DNA from: Camelus ferus | Taxonomy: Eukaryota | NCBI RefSeq assembly: GCF_009834535.1 | Contig: NC_045697.1 | Location: 109,866,001-109,930,000, forward strand | Direction of reading: 5' to 3' | Length of the DNA: 64,000 nt | Shown: positions 14,121 to 26,388 of the stretch, one piece after another | Layout: each line of letters starts with the position of its first letter | How positions within the stretch are numbered: position 1 is the first letter of the stretch | Notes under the pieces: generated by a model | The model's input: only the letters and a program-made list of their open reading frames with translations | Databases searched by the model: none | Told to the model about the DNA's origin: nothing | Made by a program: the position numbers and the translations under genes

Positions 14121-14639
14121 TGTAATAGGTAAGAACAAATCTGATTCCATATTAGATCTGTTCCTTTGGCTCTAACCCTGGGCTCTGTTTCCTGTGCTCA
14201 GTCATGCTGGTTCTGCACCTTTTGTAAAAGAATGTTGCCTAGAGCCTGAAATAGACAGGAGAGCCCATTCTCAAAGCTTTGACCTTTAAAGATATTAACA
14301 CTTTCCCATTCATATAAAGATAAAAACTTGCAAGATAGAAAATAACATTTGTCTTGCTGGACGTTTAGAGGGACACCATGACCTGACCTACACGGACAGC
14401 TGCAAAAACAAAGGAGTTTGATACCAAGAAGTCTGCAACAACCAACCACTCTCCCTCCCCTTTGTAGTATAAAAGGAGCCTGAATTCTACTTGGGGGAAA
14501 ATGGTTCTCCAGGACATTAGTCTCCCATCTCCTCGGTCTGCCAGTTTTCTGATAAAGTCATTATTCCTTGCTCCAATACCTCATCTCCCAATTTATTGGC
14601 GTGTTGTGTGGCAAACAGAACGAGTTTGGACTCAAAACA
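14121..14639 (+). mobile_element. ERV1-class solo LTR (MER41-like), 519 bp
   Basis: Starts TG (tgtaat) and ends CA (aaaca). 4-bp TSD CTTT at 14117-14120 and 14640-14643. TATA-like tataaaa at 14468 and poly(A)-signal variant gataaa at 14551. Confidence 0.85.
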
Positions 14640-15039
14640 CTTTATCACCCAGGAAACACGTGCTGGCCAAAGAGAATCTGCGGTTGCGAATACCAGGCAT
14701 GGATTTGCCAGCCTGGATGGCAAGTCTTTGCCTTTGCCTTACAATCAGGTTGGCTGATTATTTTTAGTAGGACCTGTTTTACTAAAATCAACCAACCTCT
14801 CTCTTGGAAAGTTTGGAGTCCTGTGCACCAGGCATGAGAGGGGCTTGATCTCCACAGATGGAGATGACTGTCAGAAGGAGCCATCCTTACACTATGGTAG
14901 GTAAGAGAGAGGCCCCAGGACCACTGATGTGAGTGAATCTACAATTGACTGTGGACAGTCACCCAGCAGAGAAGCTGCTGAGGGTAGGAGCTGGCTAATA
15001 TGCTGGATCCTGCCTATTAAACATAATAAAATCCTGCAT

Positions 15040-15215
15040 TCATGCAAATTCTTATAAGTGCCAGACACTGCACCTTATCTTAATTCTCCCAACAACCCAT
15101 TGAAGTAAGTTCTAAGATTTGTTTCCATTTCACAGATGAAGAAACTGAGTCTCAGAGAGGTTGAATAACTTGATCACACAGTCATTAAGCGGTGGACCCA
15201 TGATTTAAATGTGGC
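15040..15215 (-). mobile_element. MIR SINE
   Basis: ccatttcacagatgaagaaactgagtctcagagaggttgaataacttg is the antisense MIR core. Confidence 0.8.
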
Positions 15216-15918
15216 TTTGCCTTTAGTTAGTAGGACCAGGGGTGTTAATACCCCTCCCTTACTTCATCCCGAGGTAGTACTGTTACCATGTTCTACACCA
15301 TCCCTTCTATTTTTTCTTGAAGATGTCCCTGATATTCATTTTAACTTGATTTCACTTGAATTAAGTTGTTGGAAGTAGGGGTCAGCAATTGTGTCAGATC
15401 TTCCTCTAGAATGGGACCAGGGGCCTTGAGCACAAGTCCAGGCTGGCTGGTTACTTGTGAGAAAGCATGTGATTTATCCTGGCCTTCACCTCCACCTCTA
15501 CCCCCAAGAACATCCCAGATCCCCTGGAATTCAGAAGTGAGTCTGGACCCAGACTTCTATCCTTCAGTAAGTAACCTCCACTGTCCCTCACAATGTCCAC
15601 TGAGACATCACTAGTCCCACTTACGACAGCACTGACCACTGGTAGGTCTCTGCCTTTCTTTGTCTCTAGGTCTTGGGGCCAAGGCCATGGTTGTGTATTT
15701 GGTTGCAGCTGCTATGATTCTTGGAGGTCCAGATTCACTCCACTCTGTCATACAGGTCCAGGTGGACCCTGCCAGCCAAAGAGAGCTGAGAGATGCCACC
15801 TTAATTGTCATGTCACTGTTCACCTTTTCTTCCTTGGGAATGAATCTTAGTGTCATCTTGGAAACCTTATACTTTTTCTTGACCTCCTCATGGGAAGAAA
15901 ACATTGTATATATAAGAA

Positions 15919-16629
15919 CAGTCAGTCCCTCTGTATCTGTGGATTCCACATTTATCCATTCAATGAAAATATTCAGGAAAAAAAAGCCAGAAACTTCCAA
16001 AAAGTAAATCTTGAATTTGCCATGTAGGCAACTACTTATATAGCATTTACATTGTATTAGGAATTACAAGTAGCCTAGAGATGATTTCAAGTGTACGGGA
16101 GGATGTGCATAGGTTATAGGCAAATACAGCCATTTTATATAAGGGACTTGAACATCTATGGACTTTTGGTGTCTGAGAAGGTCCTGGCTTACTTCACTTA
16201 GGATGATGATCTTATTCTTTTTTTAACCACTGAGTAGTATTCCATTGTATAAATATACCACAACCTCTTTATCCAGTCATCTGTTGATGGACATTTAGGT
16301 TGCTTCCATGTCTTGGCTATTGTAAATAGTGCTGAGATTTGCAAATGTTAGCCACTATATATAAAAATAGATTAAAGAAACAAATTTCTGTATAGCATGG
16401 GGAATTATATTTAATATCTTATAATAATCTTTAATGAAAAAGAATATGAAAATGAATATATGTATGTATATGCATGACTGGGACATCGTGCTGTACACCA
16501 GAAATTGACACACTGTAACTGACTAAACTTCAATTAAAAAAAAAAAAAGAAAAAGAAAAAGAAAAAGAAAAAGTAAGAAAGAAAAGCAGGTCCTGGAATC
16601 AATCCCCGTGGATACCAAGAGATGACTAT
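15919..16629 (-). mobile_element. MER2 (TcMar-Tigger MITE) interrupted by an L1 at 16188-16584
   Basis: TIR-like ends cagtcagtccctctgtatctgtgg and ccgtggataccaagagatgact; MER2 internal sequence catttacattgtattagg...gggaggatgtgcataggttata. Confidence 0.85.
16188..16584 (+). mobile_element. Young L1 3' end with an inverted 5' segment (twin priming)
   Basis: 16188 to about 16333 is antisense L1; about 16334-16584 is sense 3'UTR plus an A/GAAAAA tail. TSD ag(a/c)aggtcctgg at 16176-16187 and 16585-16596. Confidence 0.85.
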
Positions 16630-16799
16630 AATCCACTCTTTCTCTCACCTCATCTGACAGTTTCAACCAGTGTCCCTGATAGAAGACAATCGTTTTATTG
16701 AGAATATCTACAGATGTGCTATGTGCCAGTTCTCAAAAATTAACACAGAAAAAAAAACAAACAAAGAAGGCTGGTTTGTTTCTGTTTCTCTCTGGAAAG

Positions 16800-18300
16800 C
16801 ATGTTAGGCGGGGCACGGACAGGCGGCAACCTGATTAGACCGTGCGTCACTGCGTCACCTTGTCACACGTCACTGCGTCCGTGGGAGGGGCTTGTTGATG
16901 CTGCAGATACCGGGGTTGTGGGGGTGGGGTGGTCAGCCTTCACTGCCCAGGGCAGCGGGTGCGGAAGGTGGGGCAGGCAGCAGGGGCACCGTCCACCGCT
17001 TCCCTTCTTCCCAGAGGGAGGGACGGGGCAGAGAAGTGGGGGGAGCCGAGGTTGGCCGGCCTGCTGCCTCGCTGGCCTCCGTGGTCCCTGCCCTGCGGCC
17101 TGAGCTGTGGTTGATGGGCGGCAAGGTGAGGGCGGCAGACTTCCTGGGTCTCTGACTCTCCCTCCTAAATAATTACCCATCAAGGAGCTGGAAAAGAAAA
17201 GGAAAGGAAAGGAAAGGATGGGGGAGCGGAGGGAAGAAAAGAAAGCTGCCTGGCACCATCTTTCCTGGTCCTGTGTTCCAGAGCTCTGTCCTTCCCTCTC
17301 TCCTAGTCTCCTCTCCGCCTCTCCCCTCAGCCCCATGTGAGGACCAAGTTGAAGCCGAGAATGCGTGGGCTGTGGAGGCGGAGAGGGGTCTCCTGTGTGT
17401 GCGCCAGACCCACCCAGAGCAGACCCCCTGGAGCTCTGCAGGTGCCTTTGGGTGACTCCGTTCAGAGAGGGCCCCAGAAAGATGCGCTCGGAGTTGGGAC
17501 TTCCCGAAGGTTCCTCAGCTTCCTGAGCCCTGGATTTTTCTGTCCTTCAGCCGCCTTCTGCCTCTGCTTCCCTCCTCGGCAGACTGGATGTGACCCATGA
17601 AATCAAGCCCTCTCCTGCCACCACCCGTGCTTTTTTGCCTCGGTGTCCCTCAGACCCTCCAGCCTGGCCTTGATCGCGCGTGTGTGTTCCTTGTTTATAC
17701 CCCAGCTGCAGCCGGCAGCTGGAGAAGGCCACTCGGCCCTGCAGGTAGATGGGAGCCACTCCACGCAAGCGGCCTCGACAACAGCTGGGCACGTAGCGCC
17801 CCCAGAAGCCTTCTGCTTACTAGTATTTTACACTTTGGACAGAAGGAATTCCAAACCTTCACCCCTGTCCTTAAACATTTGCTACTTACTGCACCACCCG
17901 ACCTGCCCGACCCAGCCACACACACTCCTTCAAGGAGTGGCGATCGATCGACCCCCCCTCTGCAACGTTTCTCAAAGATCCGAATAGAATCATCGAATTA
18001 GGAAGTCCATTATTTTGAAGAATTTACCTAAAGACAAAGGGGAGGATGGAGCAAAGGAGAGTGCGGGCCCCTCCAAAGGGAAGGAAGCCACGTGTCAAAT
18101 CCCCAACGCCTCAGGCTTCCTTTCGACCCCACCTCCCTCACGTCTTGCCTGCGGGTCAAGGTCAGTGCAGACGCCCGTCCCCCACCGCGGGGCAGTGACG
18201 AGCTTCCCGCGGGCACCTGCACAGGTCGCATCCCCGTTTTTCCTTAGCTGCTCCGTTTTAGACTCAAGATGTCTGTGGTTAGACTTCGTTTTCCACTGCG
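16800..18300 (+). promoter_or_regulatory. CpG/GC-rich promoter-like island with GC box, tandem CRE half-sites and a + strand splice donor
   Basis: CpG-rich against a CpG-depleted background; ggcggggc at about 16807; repeated (tg)cgtca(c) at 16843-16879; AAG|GTGAGG donor at 17125/17126. Confidence 0.7.
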
Positions 18301-19774
18301 ATTTGATTAACAGTTTTACTCTGGGCTGTGTTCCCTGGGGCATATTTAGATTCCTGCTCAGTGGCTAACTGGTTTTTCGGTTCTACCAACGTCTCTCCAC
18401 TTTGGACCTAAGAGCCACAGAAATGTGCACGGAGAATCCAGGAGCCTGCGTTTGACTCTTTGAACAGAAAGTCTTTATATGTCCAGGGGCTTGGGGAGCA
18501 AAGGCCTCTTTCCACTGCTCAGGGGATGGCCAGTCGCGTAGTTGGGCTTTGTCATGCATTGGTCAAAGGCCACCTTAACTTTCCAGAAAGGGGCAATCGG
18601 CCAGGCTAGCGATTGTGAGCTTGAGAGGGGCACATGCATTCACTTAGAGCAAGGTGGGACCCTGCCAATTCGGATGCACTGCCAGTTGGACACGCTCCCT
18701 GAGGAGAGCCAGAGAGAGCGGAGGGCCGGCCTAGGGTTCTGGCCTGACTAGTGAGCAGTCGTTTTCAATGTATGGAGTGTCTAGTGAACTGCCAGCCAAA
18801 ATAGCCCGGCCTCTCACAGTTCACTTCCCAGTTTTCTGCCAGGGAAGATAATTTTTTCCAAGGGATTTGTTTTTGGTATCTTTAATGTGCGTTTGTGTGT
18901 GTGTTTGCTCTTGGTGCTAAGCCTATGTAATCATCTACAGGAACTGGCTGAAGCCTCCTCTCCTTTTCTCACTTTGCCTGCTTGACCTTGTGACCTTGTG
19001 TTCTCGTGAAGCCTCTGCCACGTAATCCCGTCAGTCTCCTTCCTGTATGATTTCCCCTGGACAATCCCCTGGGCATTTTTATCTCAACAGACTGGAATGT
19101 TTCTCTCCTTCCTGGGAAAAGCTGCTCTGGTCTTAGTGAACTCAGAAGTGGAGGAATTCATAAAATTTAGGGAGCCTCCCTCAAACTGCCTCCTGGTATA
19201 TAACTTCTCACAGGGGCCAGAGAGGAGGTTAGAACAGCCCCCTGCTGTGTCCGGGGATGGAGAGAGGCAGGTTCCCTTTTCCTGCCAGAGCCATGCGGAG
19301 CCATACAGGACCACGAGCTCCCCAGCTGTGGTAGAGTAGAAACAGTATGCTAAAGGCCACCTCAGCACCTTCTACCTGCCTGCACTGGGTCACTCGTCCT
19401 AAGAATCTGACAAAGCAGGATTAGCAGTCACATTTGACAGATAAGGTCACTGAGCCTGGGACGTCGTTCACTTTTCCAAAACTACATATTGCAGTGGATG
19501 GCAGAGAGAAGGTAATGTTAGTCTTATTTTATTTTGAGCTGAGTGGTATTGTACGATTGTATCAGGTCACAAGGGAAATAGACACCTCTTGGGAATCCTA
19601 AAATATCCAAGCCTTGCCAGTCATTAAGGCTGATTTTATCCAAAGTAGAATTCTTGATCTGATCTGAGGTGGTGCCAGGAAGTTCCAGTACTACATAGGT
19701 AATGTTTCATCATTACAGTCATTTTTTCATTTAATTTATTGACTCCTTCAATATAACAGCTAATCGAGGGCTGA

Positions 19775-20480
19775 TTTTCTTCCCTTCCTGTGTCTATTCT
19801 TTCCATCAACATGCATTCAATTTTGCCTGAGGACAAGATACTGTGTGAGTTTAAAGAGGAATAAGACCTGTACTGTGCCCTAAATGAGCTGGAGACGCTA
19901 CCACAAGACAGTATATAGTAAGTACCGTAAGAATGACACAAATAAAAAAAGAATCAACTGAGGGCAGGAACTAAGGACAAACACCTGGGGAGTTCAGGGG
20001 CTCACAGTGGGGAGGCAACAGGTAGGCTGAGCATTTGTGAAGGATGGTCAAGATCACAAGTGGAGCTGATGGTGGTATGCAGGGTACCAGGTGGACAGAC
20101 AAGAGAGGGAGGTGTTCCCAGGAGAGGGAAAGCTGTGAGCAAAGCTGTGGAGGGTGGGAAACAGCCACCTTTGCTTGGGGAATTCAAATCACTCAGTCTG
20201 ACTTAAATGAATGGGGCCTGTGAAGGAGTAATAGGAGATAAAGATTAAAAAGGTATTTTGAGGCTTATTTTTAGACGGTCTTCAGTGGCAGGCCAAGAAG
20301 TGTGGTGTCTTACCTGGTAGGCAATAAGGAATCTTTGAAAGTAATCAAGGCTTGAGCTAGAATGATAGTGGTGGAAACTGACAGGGGAACAGGTACATGA
20401 GATGGGCTTGGCTGCTGAGTAGCTGGGAGATGTGGAGGAGAGGAAGACATTAAAGATGGCTGAGGTGTCAGATGTGAATA
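19775..20480 (-). mobile_element. L2 LINE fragments
   Basis: Antisense L2 phrasing (gtgttcccaggagagggaaagctgtgagcaaag...; ggccaagaagtgtggt; gtaatcaaggc...). Confidence 0.6.
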
Positions 20481-20959
20481 ACTGGGAGGAGGTGGCAGAG
20501 AAGGCAGCAGCCCAGGAGATAGAACGGGCTGATGGAGGGGATCTGAGATGTGCCTTTTAGACCTTCTGCCTGGAGAGAGCAGCTGGTCCTCCAGGCTTAG
20601 CAGGGTCTTGTGGGCAGGGAGAGTGTCAACTGAGCATGCCAGGGTACTGGGTGGGAGCATCACACCAGAAGGGAGTGTGGCCAAAGTTTGACTTCATGCA
20701 AAAAGCCTTTTACTCTTCGATGGGCCCTGTTCTGAGATTCAGGATGAACAAGGACAAGTCACTGTTTACACTTTTCCTTTTATAGGGCAATTCATTAGGC
20801 CAAATTCTTCAGCAGAACTAGCTTTCCTTCACCAATTATCATTCTCAGTGTGGACCAGTCCAGCATCTGTTCCTCCTCGAACTAGAGGAAGGACTTCCAG
20901 AGCCTCAAGGAATTCTAGACTCTTTCCAGTCCATACCCCTGGCACCTGCCTGTCCACCT

Positions 20960-21310
20960 ACAGCTACTCAGCCCCTTCAGAAGCAGCTACTTTTCTGACT
21001 TCTGTCATCATTGATTTATTGTTTGTCCCTGAACTTTAATATAAATGTAATCACACATTTGGCAGGGGGGCTTCTTTTTCTCAATATTGTGTTGTTGAAA
21101 AGTAGTAGCTTTGTTTTCTTATTCTTTAAAAAAAATGTCTAGGTACTCCATTGTACAAATACCCCACATTCTACTCATGACAGACATTTGGGCTGTTTTT
21201 GGGTCTTGGCTATTAAGAATAGATCTGCTATGAACATTTGCATCCATGCTATTTAATGCACAAATGCACTCATTTCTCTTTAGTGGCTACCGAGGAGTGA
21301 CATTGTTTGA
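20960..21310 (-). mobile_element. Old L1M 3' fragment
   Basis: gacatttgggctgtttt...ttggctattaagaatag..ctgctatgaacatt is antisense L1M. Confidence 0.7.
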
Positions 21311-22115
21311 TATTCACTAACTACATATTAAGCAACTATTTTATATCCGACTCTGTGCTGGGTGCTTGATACTGAATGTGAGCGAAGCAAACATGGTCCC
21401 TGTTCCTACTAATCTTATCAACCAGTGGGAGAAGTTGACAAAAACAGTCACACTAAATGTGTGATTCTGAAAAAAAAGGGAGCTGTAGGGTATACTTTGG
21501 GCTTTTCCAGCACATAGAGGCCTGCACATCATCTCCAAGGAGAACCCCTTGGGCCTGAGAGCCAGCGCACTCCCTGGAGATGAGTGATTAATGCCTCACA
21601 GCTCAGGGCTGGACTAGAGGTGAGTTTCCAGTGGGGCTTGGGTGGAGGGAAGTGAGGAGCTTAGCTTGGCTGCCTGAGGGCCCTGTCGGCCCAGTCCTCG
21701 GGTGCATTCCTCAGCCTGGGGTGTATTTCTGGCCTTGATCTCAGGCTCTGGAGGTAGTTGGGATAATTGAGAGCTTATGTCCCACTCCCCAAAGACTGGT
21801 TTTAGCACATATGCAACCTGCATTTTAATATTATTCCTTCTGACTGGAAGCATTTGGAAATGGTCCTTGCCCCTGCTTTTAAAAGGTGGCATTATTTTAT
21901 GAACATCTAGACATTGATTAATAAAATTCCGAACCCATTAACTAATGGGGGAAATGCCAAACTTTTTTGTGTATCCAAGAAAGTAAATGTAATAAAAACT
22001 ATCCCAAAAGGTAAGTTAAATTATATATAGCCTTTGCTTTTTTTTTCCTCCTGATGGTCCCACCAGATGTTTTAAAATGCAGGACACAGGCCCCCTTTTC
22101 CCCTGTTTTCTCCAG

Positions 22116-22188
22116 GGAGAAAACTTGGCTCAGGTCTACTAACTTTCAGGAGTTAAAAAAAAAAAAAAAGAAGCTATAACAGGAGAAG
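22116..22188 (+). other. Candidate non-coding internal exon (73 nt)
   Basis: Acceptor cccccttttcccctgttttctccag| and donor AAG|GTACGT; contains an A-run and no credible ORF. Confidence 0.35.
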
Positions 22189-22429
22189 GTACGTTGGGAA
22201 TCTCCGAGCTGCTGGTTCATAAATATGAAGACAAGGGAACAAAACCGCTGGGTTTCTTGTCTAGTTTTTCGTCCTTTCCCCCACCCACCCTTCCCAGATC
22301 ACCATCAGGAATTCTGATTTCTACAGCAAAAGACTGAGTTTGTCAAGTTCCCTTGGACCTGGGAGGCTGAACGGTGGCCATCTTGCTCCTGCCTTGTTGA
22401 GTCTGGCGGGTCCATCTCCCACCTCCCAT

Positions 22430-23130
22430 CTCCAATCATCTGCCAGGCGAGGTCCTGGGTTGCGGAGTCCGGGAGAGGCGCTGAGCCAGCGCAGGACGGC
22501 GCGTGCGCAGTGAAGTGTGATACCTCTCCCCAAACGACCTGCGGGGTCTCTGGTTTAGTCTTGTAAACTGAGATCTTGATTTCTCCGCACTCCCTCGACG
22601 CCCATCCAAGTTTCCTGAGTCTGAAAGGAAATAAAACAGCTCAAAAGTGGAGGGGCAGGATGCGTCAAATCCTTCAGGGCACATCCTCTGCTCTTGCCAC
22701 GATGAGCCATGGAAATGAAATCAACGTTTGGAATCTGGCCGCAGCTTCTCCCGCCTGGGCTCCGAGCCGGCTTCCGCAGAGCCGGGCCTCTCCTCTCCTT
22801 ACAGCCGCTTGCCTGTCTTCAACTGGAGGCTTGTTTGGAAAGAAATGCAGAAGAAGTCAGGGGTTCTCAGAGGATTTACCCGACCCTTAAAATTCTCCCT
22901 AAGAAGAGCATTCCCAAGAAGTGTGGCTTCCCATCCTGGACCAGAGCAGGACGCCAGGAGGCCAGAGGTGGGCCTGGGCGGCTCCTCTCTTCCCGCCACA
23001 GACCTGACTCCTCCCGATCGAGGCGCCTCCGCAGCCACAGAAGGGGAGCTGGGGGCCCTGTGGAGAACCACCCTGGCCCAGAGCAAAGACAGGCCGGATC
23101 CCTCCCAGTCGGTGGTGCGGGAACAGGCCC
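22430..23130. promoter_or_regulatory. CpG-rich island (orphan promoter/enhancer-like)
   Basis: Dense CpG (gcgcaggacggcgcgtgcgcag with an NRF1-like gcgtgcgc; ccgagccggcttccgc with an ETS-like cttccg). Confidence 0.55.
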
Positions 23131-23529
23131 TACACAGGAGGAGCTGATGGACCAAATTTAATCCTCCGTGTTCACCCCTGCACCCCGCCTTGGGGCAATG
23201 TTTCCTATTCTGACATCCAAATTATTTGGAAAACTGAAATCTTTATAAAAAATTGAGAAATAGCAAGAGCAGATGATGAACCTGGAGACAACTGGGAGGA
23301 TGACTGGGCTGAGTTCAGTCAGCCAGATCAGTGCACCATTCCATTTCCGAGTAGAGAAGAAAGGTGTTATCAAGTATGTTAGAAATACAGCCCCCTGGCA
23401 TTAGAACACACCCAGGATTCTACCACCATGGAATCCTGGACAGGAGCAGGGGAACACGCAGAGGGGATAAAGACAAGGCGAAGAGGCTGGGGAGAGGCAG
23501 GGCAGTGAAGAAGGGAGAAAAAAGTCTAG

Positions 23530-23860
23530 ACTCTGGTTGAGGCTCTGCTGCTGACTAACTCTGTGAGCTCGGGGGAACCATTTAACCTCTCCTGCCTCGG
23601 GGAAAAATGAAGAGACAATCTAGCATATTGCTTAAGCAGGGAGGCTCAGAGGCCACACTCTGGATTCATCTCAACTCTACCTTTTATTAGCTGTGTGACC
23701 TTGGACAAGTGACTTAACCTCTCTGAACTTCACTTTCCCCATATAAGATGGGGATGATAGAGTTGTCGTGAGATTTAGACAAAATAACATACGTAAAATG
23801 CTTGGCAGTGGACTTGGCACATATTAAGTGTTCAGTATATTAGCTATTGTTATTTTCTGT
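23530..23860 (+). mobile_element. Two tandem MIR fragments
   Basis: ttagctgtgtgaccttggacaagtgacttaacctctctgaac...gcttggcagtggacttggcacatattaagtgttca. Confidence 0.8.
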
Positions 23861-24379
23861 CTCCAGGGTCAGCTAATAGACTGCATGCAGGCAATATTTT
23901 TATCTCATGCATGATCAATTTATTTAATATGCATAATGATGTCATGAGAATACTAATCTGCCTTATTTGTTCTAAGGTTATTATGGGCATATGTGTTAGG
24001 GAAAAGGGAAATGAACCAGATCATGATACCCTATTGTTGTTTCCTATACAAATAATGTATTGTAGATGTTGCAGTTTAATACTTATTATCTATTTGAAAA
24101 TAGTTAATATCCTTCATCCTCCTATTATTTTTTTTTTAAGCTTTAGACATGTTCAGTGTTTATTTGCAGACTTGGGGGTTATGAGATTTCAATGTGTTCA
24201 CAGTTTGGAACGCGGGGCATATGCTCCTCTACTCCAATTGCATAGCCATTTTTATGCAGTTTTTAATACTCTAAAAGGATATTAATCAAATAATAAAGAA
24301 TGGTGGGGCATTAGGGTGAAATCCACAACCCACAATTAATCGAATTGTAGCATTATCTTCCTATTTTTATTCCAGATTT

Positions 24380-24620
24380 TGGTCTTAGGACAGGCCAGGT
24401 TTTGCTACATTAGCCACCCAGAAATCTCATCAGCTCAACCCAACCCAAGCTCACTTTTCGCACACACGGCATGTCTTCTGTAAGTCAGTGGGGCACAGCA
24501 CACATCTCCGTCCCTCAGAAGCCCACGCACATTTTGATGTGCTTCCATTGATCACAGCTGGGGGAAGGGAACGTGGAAGTTATGCATTGGTCCTTAAGCT
24601 TCCACTGAAGTAACACCAAA
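24380..24620 (-). mobile_element. MLT1J-like MaLR LTR fragment
   Basis: ttaggacaggccaggttttgctacat...gaaatctcatcagctcaa resembles antisense MLT1J. Confidence 0.5.
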
Positions 24621-25532
24621 GCAGTCTTCTGAAGCTGAACCATTTTTTTTTAAGTTCTGAGTCTTCCTTTTCCAGATACGATTTTCCTTGTAATTTTACA
24701 GTTACCCTTTCCGTGATTTGTCTTTTGGAAGAAAGTACAGTAAAAATAATAAGCTAATGGTGATTTTTTTCCATCATCAAACCAGACCCCTACTTAGTCT
24801 CACAAGAAATTTTGGGGCCAGTGAGAGGGGTGTGTATTTTATTTTCTAAAAGTTTCTCCCTTCTCATTCTTTCTCACCCTGTGGTTTCCCCAAGTCCCTC
24901 ATTTTCTGAAATCCTCAAGAAAAGAAAAATGTCTGAAAGATACTTCTTCATTTTCAACTACTTAAAAAAACTTGACTATAGTTGGCCTCTGGTCATCTGT
25001 TACACTCAACCCAAACTACCAATGTGTGGTAGCCAAGGCAAGTGAGATGCTTCTAGGGGCCTGCCCTTCTTTATGTCCACAGTCAGAACATCTGTGGAAT
25101 TGATCACTGTGATGGGAGAGATGGATGACAGCAAAGCAGATGGGCCAGTTCATCAGTAGACCCTTACTGAACACCTGTTACATGGTGGGCACTGGGCTAG
25201 TACTACGTCACCCCAGGGACTCAGCTGGACTCAGATCCTTGCAAGGGAAGAAAGCAAGCATGGGCTTCCCCAGAGAGCAGTGTGATGCAACGTGACCCCA
25301 TGACCTCTCCACCCTTGTCTTCTGTTGCTCCCTAACATACGCTCTCTGCTCAGGCAACCTGATCTCTCGGCAGGTCCTGAAAGTACGGCCACACTCACTG
25401 TTGTTCTCCATTCCTCAGTCACTGCCCTTCCTCCACTAGGACTGAGCACCCTTTCCTTGCTGCCAACCCAAATCCCACCCATCCTTGAAAGCCAGCTGAA
25501 GACCTACCTTTTCTCAGCTTCGAAGTCTCTCA

Positions 25533-25624
25533 AGGAATTTCCGGTCAAGATGGCAGAGTAGTAGGACCATGAGCTCGCTTCTCACGACTACAACAAAACC
25601 ACAACTGACTGATAAACAACCACT
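25533..25624 (+). mobile_element. Isolated L1 5'-UTR terminus (92 bp) flanked by a TSD-like repeat
   Basis: ttccggtcaagatggcagagtag is an L1 5' end with a YY1 site; direct repeat gaag(t/g)ctctca at 25522-25532 and 25625-25635. Confidence 0.65.
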
Positions 25625-25817
25625 GAAGGCTCTCACCGCTCATCCATCTCCTTATCTGTAGAAACCCTCTTGAACATGCCATCTTTGTTACCTGTTAAGA
25701 CAACTACCTACATATGCTTTATTACTGAACCATTTTGGAGGGTCATTTATATTTATATCAAATTTCTTTAAGGAAATGATCTTGTTTCTTCTTGAGTTAA
25801 TGGATTAAAAGTATTAC

Positions 25818-26258
25818 ATAAAAAAGAATGAAATAATGCCATTTGCAGCAACATGAATGGACCTAGATATTATCATACTCAGTGAAGTAAGTCAGACAAA
25901 GACAAATATCACAGGCTATCACTTATATGTGGAACCTAAAAAAAATGATACAAATGAACTTATTTACAAAACAGAAACAGACTCACAGGCGTAAAAAACA
26001 ATCTTATAGTTACCAAAGGGGAAAGCAGGGAAGGGATAAATTAGGAGTTTGGGATTAACATATACACACTACTGTGTATAAAATAGATGAACAACAAGGA
26101 CCTACTGTACAGCACAGGGAACTATTCTCAATATCTTTAATAACCTACAATGGAAAAGAATCTGGAAAAGAATATATATGTGTAACTGAATCACTTTTGC
26201 TGTACACCTGAAACTAACACAACATTGTAAATCAACTATAAGTCAATAAAAAAAAAAT
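25818..26258 (+). mobile_element. Young artiodactyl-type L1 3' end, 5'-truncated
   Basis: aaaaagaatgaaataatgccatttgcagcaaca...gctgtacacctgaaactaacacaacattgtaaatcaactata followed by an A tail. Confidence 0.9.
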
Positions 26259-26388
26259 TTTTTTAAATGGTGAGCCCATTGGAGGTATTCAGTGTGTAGG
26301 TGCTACACGTCTAGTTTTTCAATAATAGATACTTGATCAGTACACATTGAATAGAAGTAAACTTGACCTTGCTCTATGTTTTTTTCAG

